A stretch of DNA of 64,000 nt from NCBI GenBank assembly GCA_051294375.1, contig CM119267.1, forward strand, positions 10,101,458 to 10,165,457, in the 5' to 3' direction. The notes under the pieces are model-generated. The model was not told the DNA's origin and searched no databases. It worked only from the letters and a program-made list of their open reading frames with translations. The DNA comes from Paraspadella gotoi. Taxonomy: Eukaryota; Animalia; Chaetognatha. This document shows, one piece after another, positions 51,946 through 64,000 of this stretch. A program made the position numbers and the translations under genes. Each line of letters opens with the position of its first letter. The stretch's first letter is position 1.

Positions 51946-54319
51946 CATACGGTATAACTATAAGGACCATGTTTCTCGGCTTTCGTTTTTCACGAACAAA
52001 AGGACAACGATGATCACCGCGCCCGTGATATCGACGGTCTCTTGTTTGGCCGAGAATCCGAATTTATCAGTCTTCCCACAAAATCTTGTTTCTCGATGGA
52101 TTTGGTTTCTGTTTACCCGCACAGAATATCATTCGTCACACTCACTTCGGATCAATACGAGTATAACCTTCCTTTTTTTTGGTGGGGGAGGGGGTGGGTG
52201 GAGGCTGCGCGGTTACGGGATTTTGAGGAAAGGAATGCTGAAAAGATTTCGTTATGAATATTATGAATACTATGAATCTAGGATCATGAATGAAGGATCC
52301 TGAATTGATTCAGGCATCATGAATCGAACGTTCGTGGTCTCAGAGGGGCTAGGAAGAGAGAGGGGGGAGGTTGACGATCCTCGTGTTTATTCAACGAAAA
52401 TGCGAAAGGAAATTCCCCGCGCGTTTGAGAATGCCCCGTTTTTAAAGCCCTTTCCCCCCCCCTCCACACCGGGCCCGAGTTGAGTCGGATTTCAGAGGCG
52501 AATCCTCGTCGCTAGGCGACCGAGAGCGATTCATGGTAATGACGACCATGACGATGATGATGATGATATATATGGTGACCGGCGGGAGGGCGATTTTGGA
52601 CGACGATTTTTTTTCCTTCTCTTTTTTTTTTTCCCTCTTCCTCTCTCTCTCCTTGGCAGCGCGTGGAGTCTTACCTCATTTCCTAAATTAAATTAAGCGA
52701 AGGAAATGAAAGTAATGGAGAAAAAGCAGAGGGAAAAGGGAGATAAGAAGAACTGGAGGGGAGAGGGAGGAGGGGAGAGAGAGAGAGAGAGAGAGAGANN
52801 NNNNNNNNNNNNNNNNNNNNNNNAGTAAAGTAAAAGAAATAAAAAAAATAAAAAAAACTTTTCTCAATAGAGTAACTTTTAAGTGTTTTATTACTTTTAT
52901 CTTTAAAAATAAAAAAGAGGAGGAAGCTTCTGGAGCTGCGGAGACATAGAAAACGACAGGGGGCCTCGATTGGCTCCGTGGGCCAAGTTTATAAGGCCAC
53001 TCCTTACTTTTCCCTGCCTCCGGCTCTGCTCATTACTTTCAGTGCCACTGGTTAAAATTAAAAACGCAAATGTTTTGTTAAACAAGCTTGTTTTTTTTTT
53101 TTTCGAGTCGTTAAGAAAAACGTACCAAGCCGCTGGGCCAAGAGAGAAGAAAAGTCCGTTTTTGTTTTTGTCGTTGTTGTTGTTGTTGTTTTTATCATTA
53201 CAACTATTAGCGATGGCAAAGATTATTATAACCATTAACAAGAGCGACACAAACGACCAATGAAAGAGAACTAAGTATTCGGTTGAGACGATCCGGCTGG
53301 CTGCTTCCCTCGGTCAGATGCTGTGTGAACAAGTTAATGAATAAAGCAAAGCCGGCTTGGACTCTCCTAGCTAGTAGAACCGAGAGGGCAGCCATTACAA
53401 AGCTCCACAATGCGTCCATTGGAAAGATGAGCTTCTCCGACTAGTTCGGTTGGGCCAACAGCCGTCCCGGAATTGTTGACGCGCCAGCGTGATTGGGCCA
53501 CTGACTAAGCGAAGACCGTCGAGGCGATTGGGCCCGCGGCCTGGAGATGCGGTCGAGTCGCCGGAGCCGTCGGGCCGCCGGCGACGAAGAGACGCCTCCG
53601 TTGCGAGAGGATTCATTGCTCCCATTAAACGGGAAATAACCACCTGGACACCGAAAAGAGGAAGAGAGAGAGAGATGAGAGAGCAGAGATGGGATGAGGA
53701 GAGAGAATGAGAGAGAGACGAGAGACAGAGAGAGAACGGGAATCGAAGAGGAGATGAGAGATGAGAGAGAGACGTTTTATCCCGAGTTCGTCGGAGATTG
53801 AAATAGAAGCGGGAGGCAGGTGGGAGGGGAAAGGGGGGGAGAGACGAGCACGAGCCCGCTTTTTGTTCGCCTTTATGCAGATACAGCTGTTGTAAGTTGG
53901 TCGCGTATAGTATTGTGTGAGACGAGAGAGTGATAAGCTTTTTAAAACTTTATAGATCAAAGAAATGTACATATACAAATGTCCATATAAATGAACATAA
54001 ATAATTTAAATATACATATAAATGTACAATATATTCTAATTTCTATCTTCACAATAATGTTTCTTTAAGGATACTGAATACCGATAATCCAGAATAAGAA
54101 TTCCGAACATTCCATATCATCGTGGTAAACGAATAAATGAATCCGATTTTTACAAATATCAATACCGAGAAGTATAATCAAGAGAAATAGATCAAGAAAA
54201 TTTAATTAACGATGCAAACAAGGATTTGTTTTGTCAATCCAAACCTCTGAAGCTAGAGAATGTGTACCGATGTAGATTCTTAAAAATTAGAACGAAATAC
54301 CATTAAGCACACACACCTG

Positions 54320-54356
<37 letters not shown>

Positions 54357-57300
54357 NNNNNNNNNNNNNNNNNNNNNNNNNNNNNNNNNNNNNNNNNNNN
54401 NNNNNNNNNNNNNNNNNNNNNNNNNNNNNNNNNNNNNNNNNNNNNNNNNNNNNNNNNNNNNNNNNNNNNNNNNNNNNNNNNNNNNNNNNNNNNNNNNNNN
54501 NNNNNNNNNNNNNNNNNNNNNNNNNNNNNNNNNNNNCTCTGTTTTCTTTTTCCTTCTTAATCTGACCGAGCGAGGGTCTCGGGTTTGGGGAGAGATTAAT
54601 CGTTCGCGCCTTCGATCGTGGAACGAATCCAATCTGGACAAACAAAAAAAACGGACAAAANNNNNNNNNNNNNNNNNNNNNNNNNGTCCCGAAATTCGTA
54701 GCTCATACCTCCATTTTTTTCATCCTCATTCGGCCCGAACGGTACGCTGGCACCGTCCGTCGCTCGTCCGCTGCAAAGCGTCACGCCTTATCGATGTCAT
54801 CGGGCCCGACTTATAGTATTCGCGGATCACACCAAATTCGACGAACATATCCATCGAGCCCTACCTTTACGTCACAACCGGCCTATCACGAGTCAATCCC
54901 TACGGTCCGAGGATTCTCCAAGTCTCACGGCAGGTTCGGACCTATTTGCCTCATCAAGTCCGGCTCCCAAGGGTCTTGTTGGTCATATAGCAGGGCGCGG
55001 AGGTCGTCTCACGTACCTGCCTGCGCTTCGGCTACGAGACGCGCCCATTCTTCATCTACGCCGACTATCGACAATTCGCCGGATTTGCTGCCAGCAAACT
55101 CGGACAACGAACGGCCGCCGGAAGCACACAGATAGATGTCATGGGATCAATAGTTCCTTGGCTCCGCGCCTACACGGGCGCGTTGAGCGGCGCCAAGATC
55201 TCAAGATAATCATAGCAGTCCTGCAATGCTTTTATACTTTCATATTTTAACTGTTTCAATGATAATTCAACGATATACTATAAGGAACCATGGCTTTTTC
55301 GGCTTTCGATCTTTTTCCCAGAACAAACAGGACAACGATGATCAACCCGCCGCGTGATAGTCGACTGCTCTCTCTTGTTGGACCGTGAATCCGAATTTAT
55401 CAGTCCTTCCCAACAAAATGCTTGTTTCTCCGATGGGAGTTGGTTTTCTGTTACCCTGACACAAGAATATCATCTCGTCACACTTCATTCGGATCAATTA
55501 CGTAGTTATACTAACCTTTTTTTTGGTTGGGGAGAGGGGGATGGGTGGAGGATCTGCGCGGGTTACGGATTTTGAGGAAACGGAATGCGTGAAGAAGATT
55601 TCGTTATGGATTTATGGAATACTTTGAATCTAGGATCACATGAGAAGGATCTTGAATTGATTGAGCATCATGAAGTGTTCGCGCGGGTTCAGACGGGGAG
55701 CTAGGAAGAGAGAGGGGGGGGAGGTTGACGTCTCGTGTTTTTTCAACGAAAATAGCGAAAGGAAAATTGCCCCGCTGTCGTTTGAGAATTGCCCCGTTTT
55801 TTAACAGCCCTCTTCCCCCCCCTCCGACACCCCAATCAGACGCACCGAGTTAGGTCGGATTTCAGAGGCGAATCCTCGTCGGCTAGAGCGACCGAAGCGA
55901 TCATTCTGGATAAAAAAAAACAAAAAAATGCACGACAATTGACGATGATGCATGTGATTTCATATGAGGTCTGGACGGCGTAGGCGAGGGCGATTTTGAG
56001 GGCACGATTTTTTTCCTTCTTCTTTTTTTTTTTCTCTCTCCTCTCTCCCGTTTGGCCGACGCGTGGAGTTTACCTCATTTCTTAAATATAATTTAAGCCC
56101 GAGAGAAATGTAAACGTAATGGAGAAAAAGCACAGAGGAAAAGGGAGATACAGAAAAACGGTGAGAGGGAGCCGATGGGAGTGAGAGAGGGAGAGAGCAC
56201 AGACCGAGAAGAGTAGAGGAAGAGAGTGGAGAATTGAGGCAAGAAAATTGAGATTAACATCAAGGAAGAAGAAGGTATGAAAGCGAGGCAGGGATAAAAA
56301 AAGAGTAAAGAATGAAAAAATAACAACAACCTTTTCTCAATGAGTAAGCGTTTTTACGCTTTTATCTTTAAAAATAAAAGAGAGAGCGTCTGAGCTGCGC
56401 GGAGACATAATGAACCACGACAGTCGGGGCTCTACGATGGCCTCTGGGCCAATTCTATAAAGGCCATTCTTATGTTTCCCCTGCTCCCGCTGTCTCATTT
56501 CTTTCAGGTGCCACGTGATTAAAAACGCAAATGTTTTGTAAAACAAGCTTCGTTTATTTTCGAGTCTCGTTAAAACTCACCACGATCCGCTGTGGCCAAA
56601 GAGAAGAGAAAAGTCCGTTTTTTTGTTTGCTCTTGTTGTTTGTTGTGCTTGGTTTTTATCATTATTACAAACTTAGCGATGGCAAAGATTGATACCATAT
56701 ACAAAGCGACCACATGACGACGAATGTAAAAGAGAACCTAAGTATTCCTGGTTGAGACCCGACTCGCGTGGCGCTTCCCTCGGCTCAGCTCTGTGTGAAA
56801 CTAAATGTATAAAGCAAAGCCGGCTTGGACTCTCCTAGCTCTAGACCGAGGAGGGCAGCCATTACAAAGCTCCACAATGCGTCCATTGGAAAGATGAGCT
56901 TCTCCGACTAGTCGGTTGGGCCAACAAGCCGTTCCCGGAATTGACGCCACGGCCGCCTCACCCGTATGGTGCCACTGACTAAGCGAAGACCGTCGAGGCA
57001 TTGGGCCGCGGCTGAGATGCCGTCGGTCGCGCGGAAGCGGTCGGCGCCCGGCGACCGAAGAGACGGCCTCGTTGCGATGAGATTCATTGCTTCCCATAAA
57101 ACGGGAAATAACCACCTGGACACCGAAAAGAGAGAAGAGAGAGAGGAGAGAGATAGAACGAGGGAGGAGAGAGAGAGAGAGACAGAGAGAGGAAGAGACG
57201 AGAGAGAGAGAGAGAGAGAGGACGTTTATCCCGAGTCGTCGGAGATGACATATGAAGGGGAGGGGGCGGAGAAAAGGGGGGGAGAGAGAGCGACCGAGCC

Positions 57301-58533
57301 CGGCTTTTCTTGTTTCGCTTTCTAATGGTAAGTTTGGTCCCCCGGTACTGTATGTTGTGTAGACGAAGTACTAAGCGCCATGGAGAAGCGACTTCGTTGA
57401 AGGTGTGCTCTACACACTCGACTCATACTGTCTATCAGATCATATAACTACACATTGTACAGCTATTTTATTCCGAATCTCGTGCTATTTCATCAAGTCG
57501 TAACATCTGTTTTCCCTGTTAAGGGATCACTGTTAATACCGATAATCATCCGTACCATTAATAGAAATTACGAAATCCTGCTCATCGTTCGGGTAAAACT
57601 GAATGAAGTGTGAATCCGATTTTTCACAAATATCTAATACCGAGAAGTATTAACTCAGAGAGAAAGATAGCATTCAAGAAAATGTTATACATTAAACGAT
57701 TGCAACAAGCATTTGTTTTGGTCCATCCAAACCTCCTCGTGGAAACTCGCCCGATGTAGATTCTATAACAAATACCTACAACGAGATCCATCCTAAGCAC
57801 ACACACTGCTTCCCATATCTCCTCTCTCTCCTCTCTCTCTCTCTCTCCTCTCTGTGTGTGTGCTCCTCTCCTCTCAATAATAACCCCTTGTGTGTGTGTG
57901 TGCTTAATCTGACCCGAGCGGATGGTCCTCCCGGGGGGCGGCGGGAGGCGGTTTCTGGGGTGGGGTTTCGGGGGATAAGGCCGGTCGTCGTGTGTGCTTG
58001 AGCCACTATGTTTTGGGAGGATGAGGGAGGGGGGGGGATGAGATTTAATCGTTCGCGCCTTCGATCGTGGCAACGAAAATCCCAAATCGGACAACACAAA
58101 AAAACGGACAAAAGCGAGGCGGCGAGGCTTTTTCAATTTCCTCCCAGAGAGATGAGAAGAGAAGAGAGCTGAGGTTGAGAGAGAGTAGAGAGAAGACGGA
58201 GATCGACGGGAGAATACGAGAGGAGAGAGAAGGTGTTTAGTGAGACTGAGAGACTGGTACTTCCAACTAAGCCTCAATTCCGGGATTGTGGGTTCCGCAG
58301 GAGGTAAGAAATGACAATGCCTTTAACGATGGAGGAGAAGAGAGAACGACAGAGAAAGACGAAGAGAAGAGAGGAGGAGAGAGACTACGAGAAAGAGAGA
58401 GAGAGAGAGAGAAGAGAGACGAGAGGAGAGACGAGAGATCCGCAAGAGTTTTTGTTCCCCACGTAAGAAGACTTACATTCCGAGGCAGAGGTATCCCTAT
58501 CTGAATAACTAGAAACGGCCCCTGTAGTCTCTC

Positions 58534-58585
<52 letters not shown>

Positions 58586-61500
58586 CTCTCTCCTCCTCCT
58601 CTCTCTCTTTCTCCTACTCACAGACTCACCCTCCCAAAAGCGTTGGACTCGTTATCGCTGTCATCGTCGATTTTTACGAGATTATTCGTTATCTCGATCA
58701 TCTTGTTATTGTTATCAGTGTCAATATTTTCTTGATGTGACAAAAAATTGTGTAAAGAGACAAAATGACGAAAGAAAAGAGTCTTGGAATAACGTTCGGG
58801 ACGAAAAAAATAGGAGGACAATCGTGACAAACTATCGAAAAAGATAAAACTTATCTATTTATGTACGAAAGAAAGTACTTGCGACAATAACTTGAACGGA
58901 AGAAAAAAAAACCATGAACTATACAATAACATTGAATCAATAGCAATAGAAAATAGAAAACAATAGTTGGGGCCATTTTAATGACGCTGAAACGGCGAGC
59001 CAGATTTTGAAAAGAAGGGAGACGTAAATCTCGATGGAACGAACGAAGAAAGACAACGAAGAAAGTGACGAATGAGTTGGGCGGGAAGAAGCGAGACGCA
59101 TCGTTAAGGGCCACGCCCACTAAAACAACGGGCCGAGAAATGTTTGCGTAAAAGGAGGAAGACTGAAAGCGAGATTCGCGTCAATACCGGTAAATTTGCC
59201 GAAGCGTTTGTCCGCCTTCGTTTCGTGGGTTGAAAAGGTTGAAGGAAGAACCGGTATGTCAGGGGAGAGTAATGTCTTTTAACACCCGATTATTCCAGTC
59301 NNNNNNNNNNNNNNNNNNNNNNNNNGTCCCGAAATTCGTAGCTCATACCTCCATTTTTTTCATCCTCATTCGGCCCGAACGGTACGCTGGCACCGTCCGT
59401 CGCTCGTCCGCTGCAAAGCGTCACGCCTTATCGATGTCATCGGGCCCGACTTATAGTATTCGCGGATCACACCAAATTCGACGAACATATCCATCGAGCC
59501 CTACCTTTACGTCACAACCGGCCTATCACGAGTCAATCCCTACGGTCCGAGGATTCTCCAAGTCTCACGGCAGGTTCGGACCTATTTGCCTCATCAAGTC
59601 CGGCTCCCAAGGGTCTTGTTGGTCATATAGCAGGGCGCGGAGGTCGTCTCACGTACCTGCCTGCGCTTCGGCTACGAGACGCGCCCATTCTTCATCTACG
59701 CCGACTATCGACAATTCGCCGGATTTGCTGCCAGCAAACTCGGACAACGAACGGCCGCCGGAAGCACACAGATAGATGTCATGGGATCAATAGTTCCTTG
59801 GCTCCGCGCCTACACGGGCGCGTTGAGCGGCGCCAAGATCTCAAGATAATACATAGCACGTCCCTGCAAGCTTTTAACTTTCAATATTTTAAACTGTTTC
59901 AATGGATAATTCAACGTCTTACTATAAGACCATGTTTTCGGCTTTCGTTTTTCCACGAACAAACAGGACAACGATGACAACCCGCCGCGGAGTCGCTGCT
60001 CTCTCTTGTTGGCCGTGAATCCGAATTTACATCAGTCTTCCACAAAATCTTGTTTCTCCGATGGAGGTTGGTTTCTGCTTACCCTGCAAAGAATATCATT
60101 CTCGTCATCACTTCCATCTCGGATCAATTACGTAGTATAAACCTTCTTTTTTGGTGGGGGAGGGAGTGGGTGGAGGATCTGCGCGGGTTCGGATTTTGAT
60201 GAACGGAATGGGGTGAAAACATATTCGTTTATGGATCTTATGGAATACTTTGATCTAGGATCCATGAACGAAGGATCCTTGAAATTGATTGAGCATCATG
60301 AATTCGAACGTTCGTGGTTCAGAGGGATAGGAAGGAGAGGGGGGGGGAGTTGACGTCTCGTGTATTTATTCAAACGAAAATGCGAAAGGAAAATTCCCGC
60401 GTCGTTTGAGAATTGCCCCGCTTTTTAAGCCTCTTCCCCCCCCTCCACACCCCAATCAGACAACCGAGTTTAGGTCGGATTTCAGAAGGCGAATCCTCGT
60501 CGCTAGAGGCGACCGAAGACATTCATGGTAATGCACGACAATTGACGATGCATTGTCTCTCATATGACCGGCTCTGGACGGCAGGGCCGAGGGCGATTTT
60601 GAGCGGGCACCCACATTTTTTTTCCTTTCTTCTTTTTTTTTTTCTCTCTCCTCTCTTCCTCGTTTGGCCGACGCGTGGAGTCTTACCTCATTTCTTAAAC
60701 TATAATTAAGCCCGAAAGAAATGCAACGTAGGAGAAAAATGCCAGAGGGAAAAGGGAGATACAAGAAAAACTGGAGGGAGAGGGTGAGGAGGGGAGAGAG
60801 AGAGAAGGAGAGAAGCAGAGTGAGAAGAGGAAGATTTGAGACATGCAAGAATGGAGAAGGATGAAAGCGAGGGATAAAAAAAAGAGTAAAGAATAAAAAA
60901 TAACAACAACTTAATTCTCAAGAGAAGGTTTTTCCTTTTATCTTTAAAAATAAAAGATAGAAGCGTCTGTAGCTACGCGGAGGACATAATGACACGACAG
61001 GGGGCCTCGATGGCCTCGTGGGCCAATTTATAAGGCCATTCTTACTTTTCCCTGCCTCCGCTGTTCTCATTCTTTCAGGTGCCACTGTTAAAAACGCAAA
61101 TGTTTTGTAAACAAGCTTCTTTTTTTTCGAGCTCGTTAAGAAAACGTCCGCGTGGCAAGAGAAGAGAAAAGTCCGTTTTTTGTGGTTGTCTTGTTGTTGT
61201 TGAGTTGTTTTATCATACAACTTTAGCGATGGCAAAGATTATAACCATAACAAGCGACACAACGACAATGAAGAGAACTAAGTATGTCCTGTTGAGACGA
61301 CTCGCTGGCCGCTTCCCTCGGTCAATGGTGAAACAGTAAATTAATAAAGCAAAGCCGGCTTGACTCTCCTAGCTCTAGACCGAGAGGGCAGCATTGACAA
61401 AGCTCCACAATGCGTCCATTGGAAAGATGAGCTTCTCCGACTAGTCGGTTGGCCAACAAGCCGTCCCGGAATTGAGCAGGCCGCCTCACCCGTATGGGCC

Positions 61501-63052
61501 ACGACTAACGAAGACCGTCGAGGCATTGGGCCGCGGCTGAGATGCGTCGGTCGCCGGAAGCGGTCGGGCCCGGCGACCGAAGAGACGGCCTCGGTTGCAT
61601 GAGATTCATATGCTTCCCATAAAGGAAATAACCACCTGGACACCGAAAAGAGAGCAAGAGAGAGAGCGAGCAGAGATACGAACGAGGAGGAGAGAGAGAG
61701 AGAGACAGAGAGAGGAAGAGAGAGAGAGAGAGAGAGAGAGAGGACGTTTATCCCGAGTCTCGGAGATGACATATGAAGGGGAGGGGGCGGAGAAAAGGGG
61801 GGGGAGAGAGGACGAGCCCGGCTTTTTCTTGTTTCGCTTTCTAATGGTAAGTTTGGTCCCCCGGTACTGTATGTTGTGTAGACGAAGTACTAAGCGCCAT
61901 GGAGAAGCGACTTCGTTGAAGGTGTGCTCTACACACTCGACTCATACTGTCTATCAGATCATATAACTACACATTGTACAGCTATTTTATTCCGAATCTC
62001 GTGCTATTTCATCAAGTCGTAACATCTGTTTTCCCTGTTAAGGGATCACTGTTAATACCGATAATCATCCGTACCATTAATAGAAATTACGAAATCCTGC
62101 TCATCGTTCGGGTAAAACTGAATGAAGTGTGAATCCGATTTTTCACAAATATCTAATACCGAGAAGTATTAACTCAGAGAGAAAGATAGCATTCAAGAAA
62201 ATGTTATACATTAAACGATTGCAACAAGCATTTGTTTTGGTCCATCCAAACCTCCTCGTGGAAACTCGCCCGATGTAGATTCTATAACAAATACCTACAA
62301 CGAGATCCATCCTAAGCACACACACTGCTTCCCATATCTCCTCTCTCTCCTCTCTCTCTCTCTCTCCTCTCTGTGTGTGTGCTCCTCTCCTCTCAATAAT
62401 AACCCCTTGTGTGTGTGTGTGCTTAATCTGACCCGAGCGGATGGTCCTCCCGGGGGGCGGCGGGAGGCGGTTTCTGGGGTGGGGTTTCGGGGGATAAGGC
62501 CGGTCGTCGTGTGTGCTTGAGCCACTATGTTTTGGGAGGATGAGGGAGGGGGGGGGATGAGATTTAATCGTTCGCGCCTTCGATCGTGGCAACGAAAATC
62601 CCAAATCGGACAACACAAAAAAACGGACAAAAGCGAGGCGGCGAGGCTTTTTCAATTTCCTCCCAGAGAGATGAGAAGAGAAGAGAGCTGAGGTTGAGAG
62701 AGAGTAGAGAGAAGACGGAGATCGACGGGAGAATACGAGAGGAGAGAGAAGGTGTTTAGTGAGACTGAGAGACTGGTACTTCCAACTAAGCCTCAATTCC
62801 GGGATTGTGGGTTCCGCAGGAGGTAAGAAATGACAATGCCTTTAACGATGGAGGAGAAGAGAGAACGACAGAGAAAGACGAAGAGAAGAGAGGAGGAGAG
62901 AGACTACGAGAAAGAGAGAGAGAGAGAGAGAAGAGAGACGAGAGGAGAGACGAGAGATCCGCAAGAGTTTTTGTTCCCCACGTAAGAAGACTTACATTCC
63001 GAGGCAGAGGTATCCCTATCTGAATAACTAGAAACGGCCCCTGTAGTCTCTC

Positions 63053-63104
<52 letters not shown>

Positions 63105-63822
63105 CTCTCTCCTCCTCCTCTCTCTCTTTCTCCTACTCAAGACTCACAGATACCTCCCAAAGACTTGACTCGTTATCGTGTCATCGTCGATTTTTACTGA
63201 GATTATTCGTTTATTCCGTCCATTTGTTATGTTTCAGTTAGTCCAATATTTTCTTGATGTGACAAAAAATTGTGCTGTAAAAGAGACAAATGACGAAAGA
63301 AATTCTCGAATAACGTTCGGGACGAAAATAGGAGGACAATCGTGACAAACTATCGAAAAAGAAACTTTATTCTATTTACTGTACGAAGACTACTTTACGA
63401 CAATTAAACTTGAACGGGAAGAAAAAAAACTCATAATGATACAATTAACATTTGAATCAAGGAATAGAATCAATAGAAAACATGTAGTTGGGGCATTTTA
63501 ATGACGCTGAAACGCGAGCAAGATTTTGAAAGAAGGTGAGACGTAAATCTCGTCGGACAAACGAAGAAAGACAACCCGAGGACGTGACGATGTAGGTTAT
63601 GGGCGGGAAGAAGCGCAGCGGCTCGTTAGGCCACGCCCACTAAACAACGGGCCGAGAAATGTTTGGCGTAAAAGGAAGGAAGATGAAAGCTGAGCATTCG
63701 CGTCAATACCGGTTAAATTTGCCGAAGCGATTGTCCGCCTTCGTTTCGTGGCGTTGAAAAGGTTGTGAAGAAGAAACCGTATGTCAGGGACGATTATGTC
63801 TTTTAACACCGATTATTCAGTC
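51870..63822. repeat. Three tandem copies of a 3-4.6-kb segment, probably assembly artefact
   Basis: Copies ~51870-54660, 54686-59300 and 59326-~63822, separated by 25-N gaps. 54686-55205 matches 59326-59845, and ORFs 57624-58277 and 62143-62796 translate identically. Confidence 0.88.
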
Positions 63823-64000
63823 GATTTCTTTTTTTATTAGGATTATATGAGAAAGAGAGGAGAAAGGAGAGACGAGGAGAAGAGAGAGAAAGAGGAGATA
63901 GACGAGAGAGAGGAGAGAGAGATTAGAGAGAGAGAGAGAAGAGAAATAAGATATCGGAAACCTTGATAGTAGCATTAATTTAAAAGGTATCGAAATCCTT

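Noticed and set aside
57624-62796. Two identical 217-aa ORFs as a duplicated gene
   Set aside because: Identity reflects the duplicated block; partly microsatellite, no domain, not preserved in copy 1.

Overview
Eukaryotic (animal) genomic DNA from a draft assembly, very rich in (AG/CT)n and other microsatellites, with many N-gaps, eight of them exactly 25 N. Nearly all ORFs in the supplied track are microsatellite or gap artefacts. One gene is well supported: a complete 7-exon, 298-aa secreted trypsin-family (S1A) serine protease at 42122-46704 (+). It has an intact His/Asp/Ser triad but an unusual Trp|IVGG activation site. The most interesting non-genic signal is a head-to-head inverted pair of decayed Penelope-like retroelement fragments (about 10440-12110). 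Each arm carries a minimal hammerhead ribozyme motif; the left one is nearly intact. A third hammerhead-like motif lies at about 15.3 kb. Also present: a TA-flanked 2.24-kb non-autonomous DNA transposon, a dispersed ~140-250 bp repeat family, two structured minisatellites and degenerate TTAGGG tracts. Three large duplications (a palindrome at 0.5-8 kb and triplications at 18-24 kb and 52-64 kb) look like long-read gap-filling artefacts. All alignments were made by eye; no searches were run.
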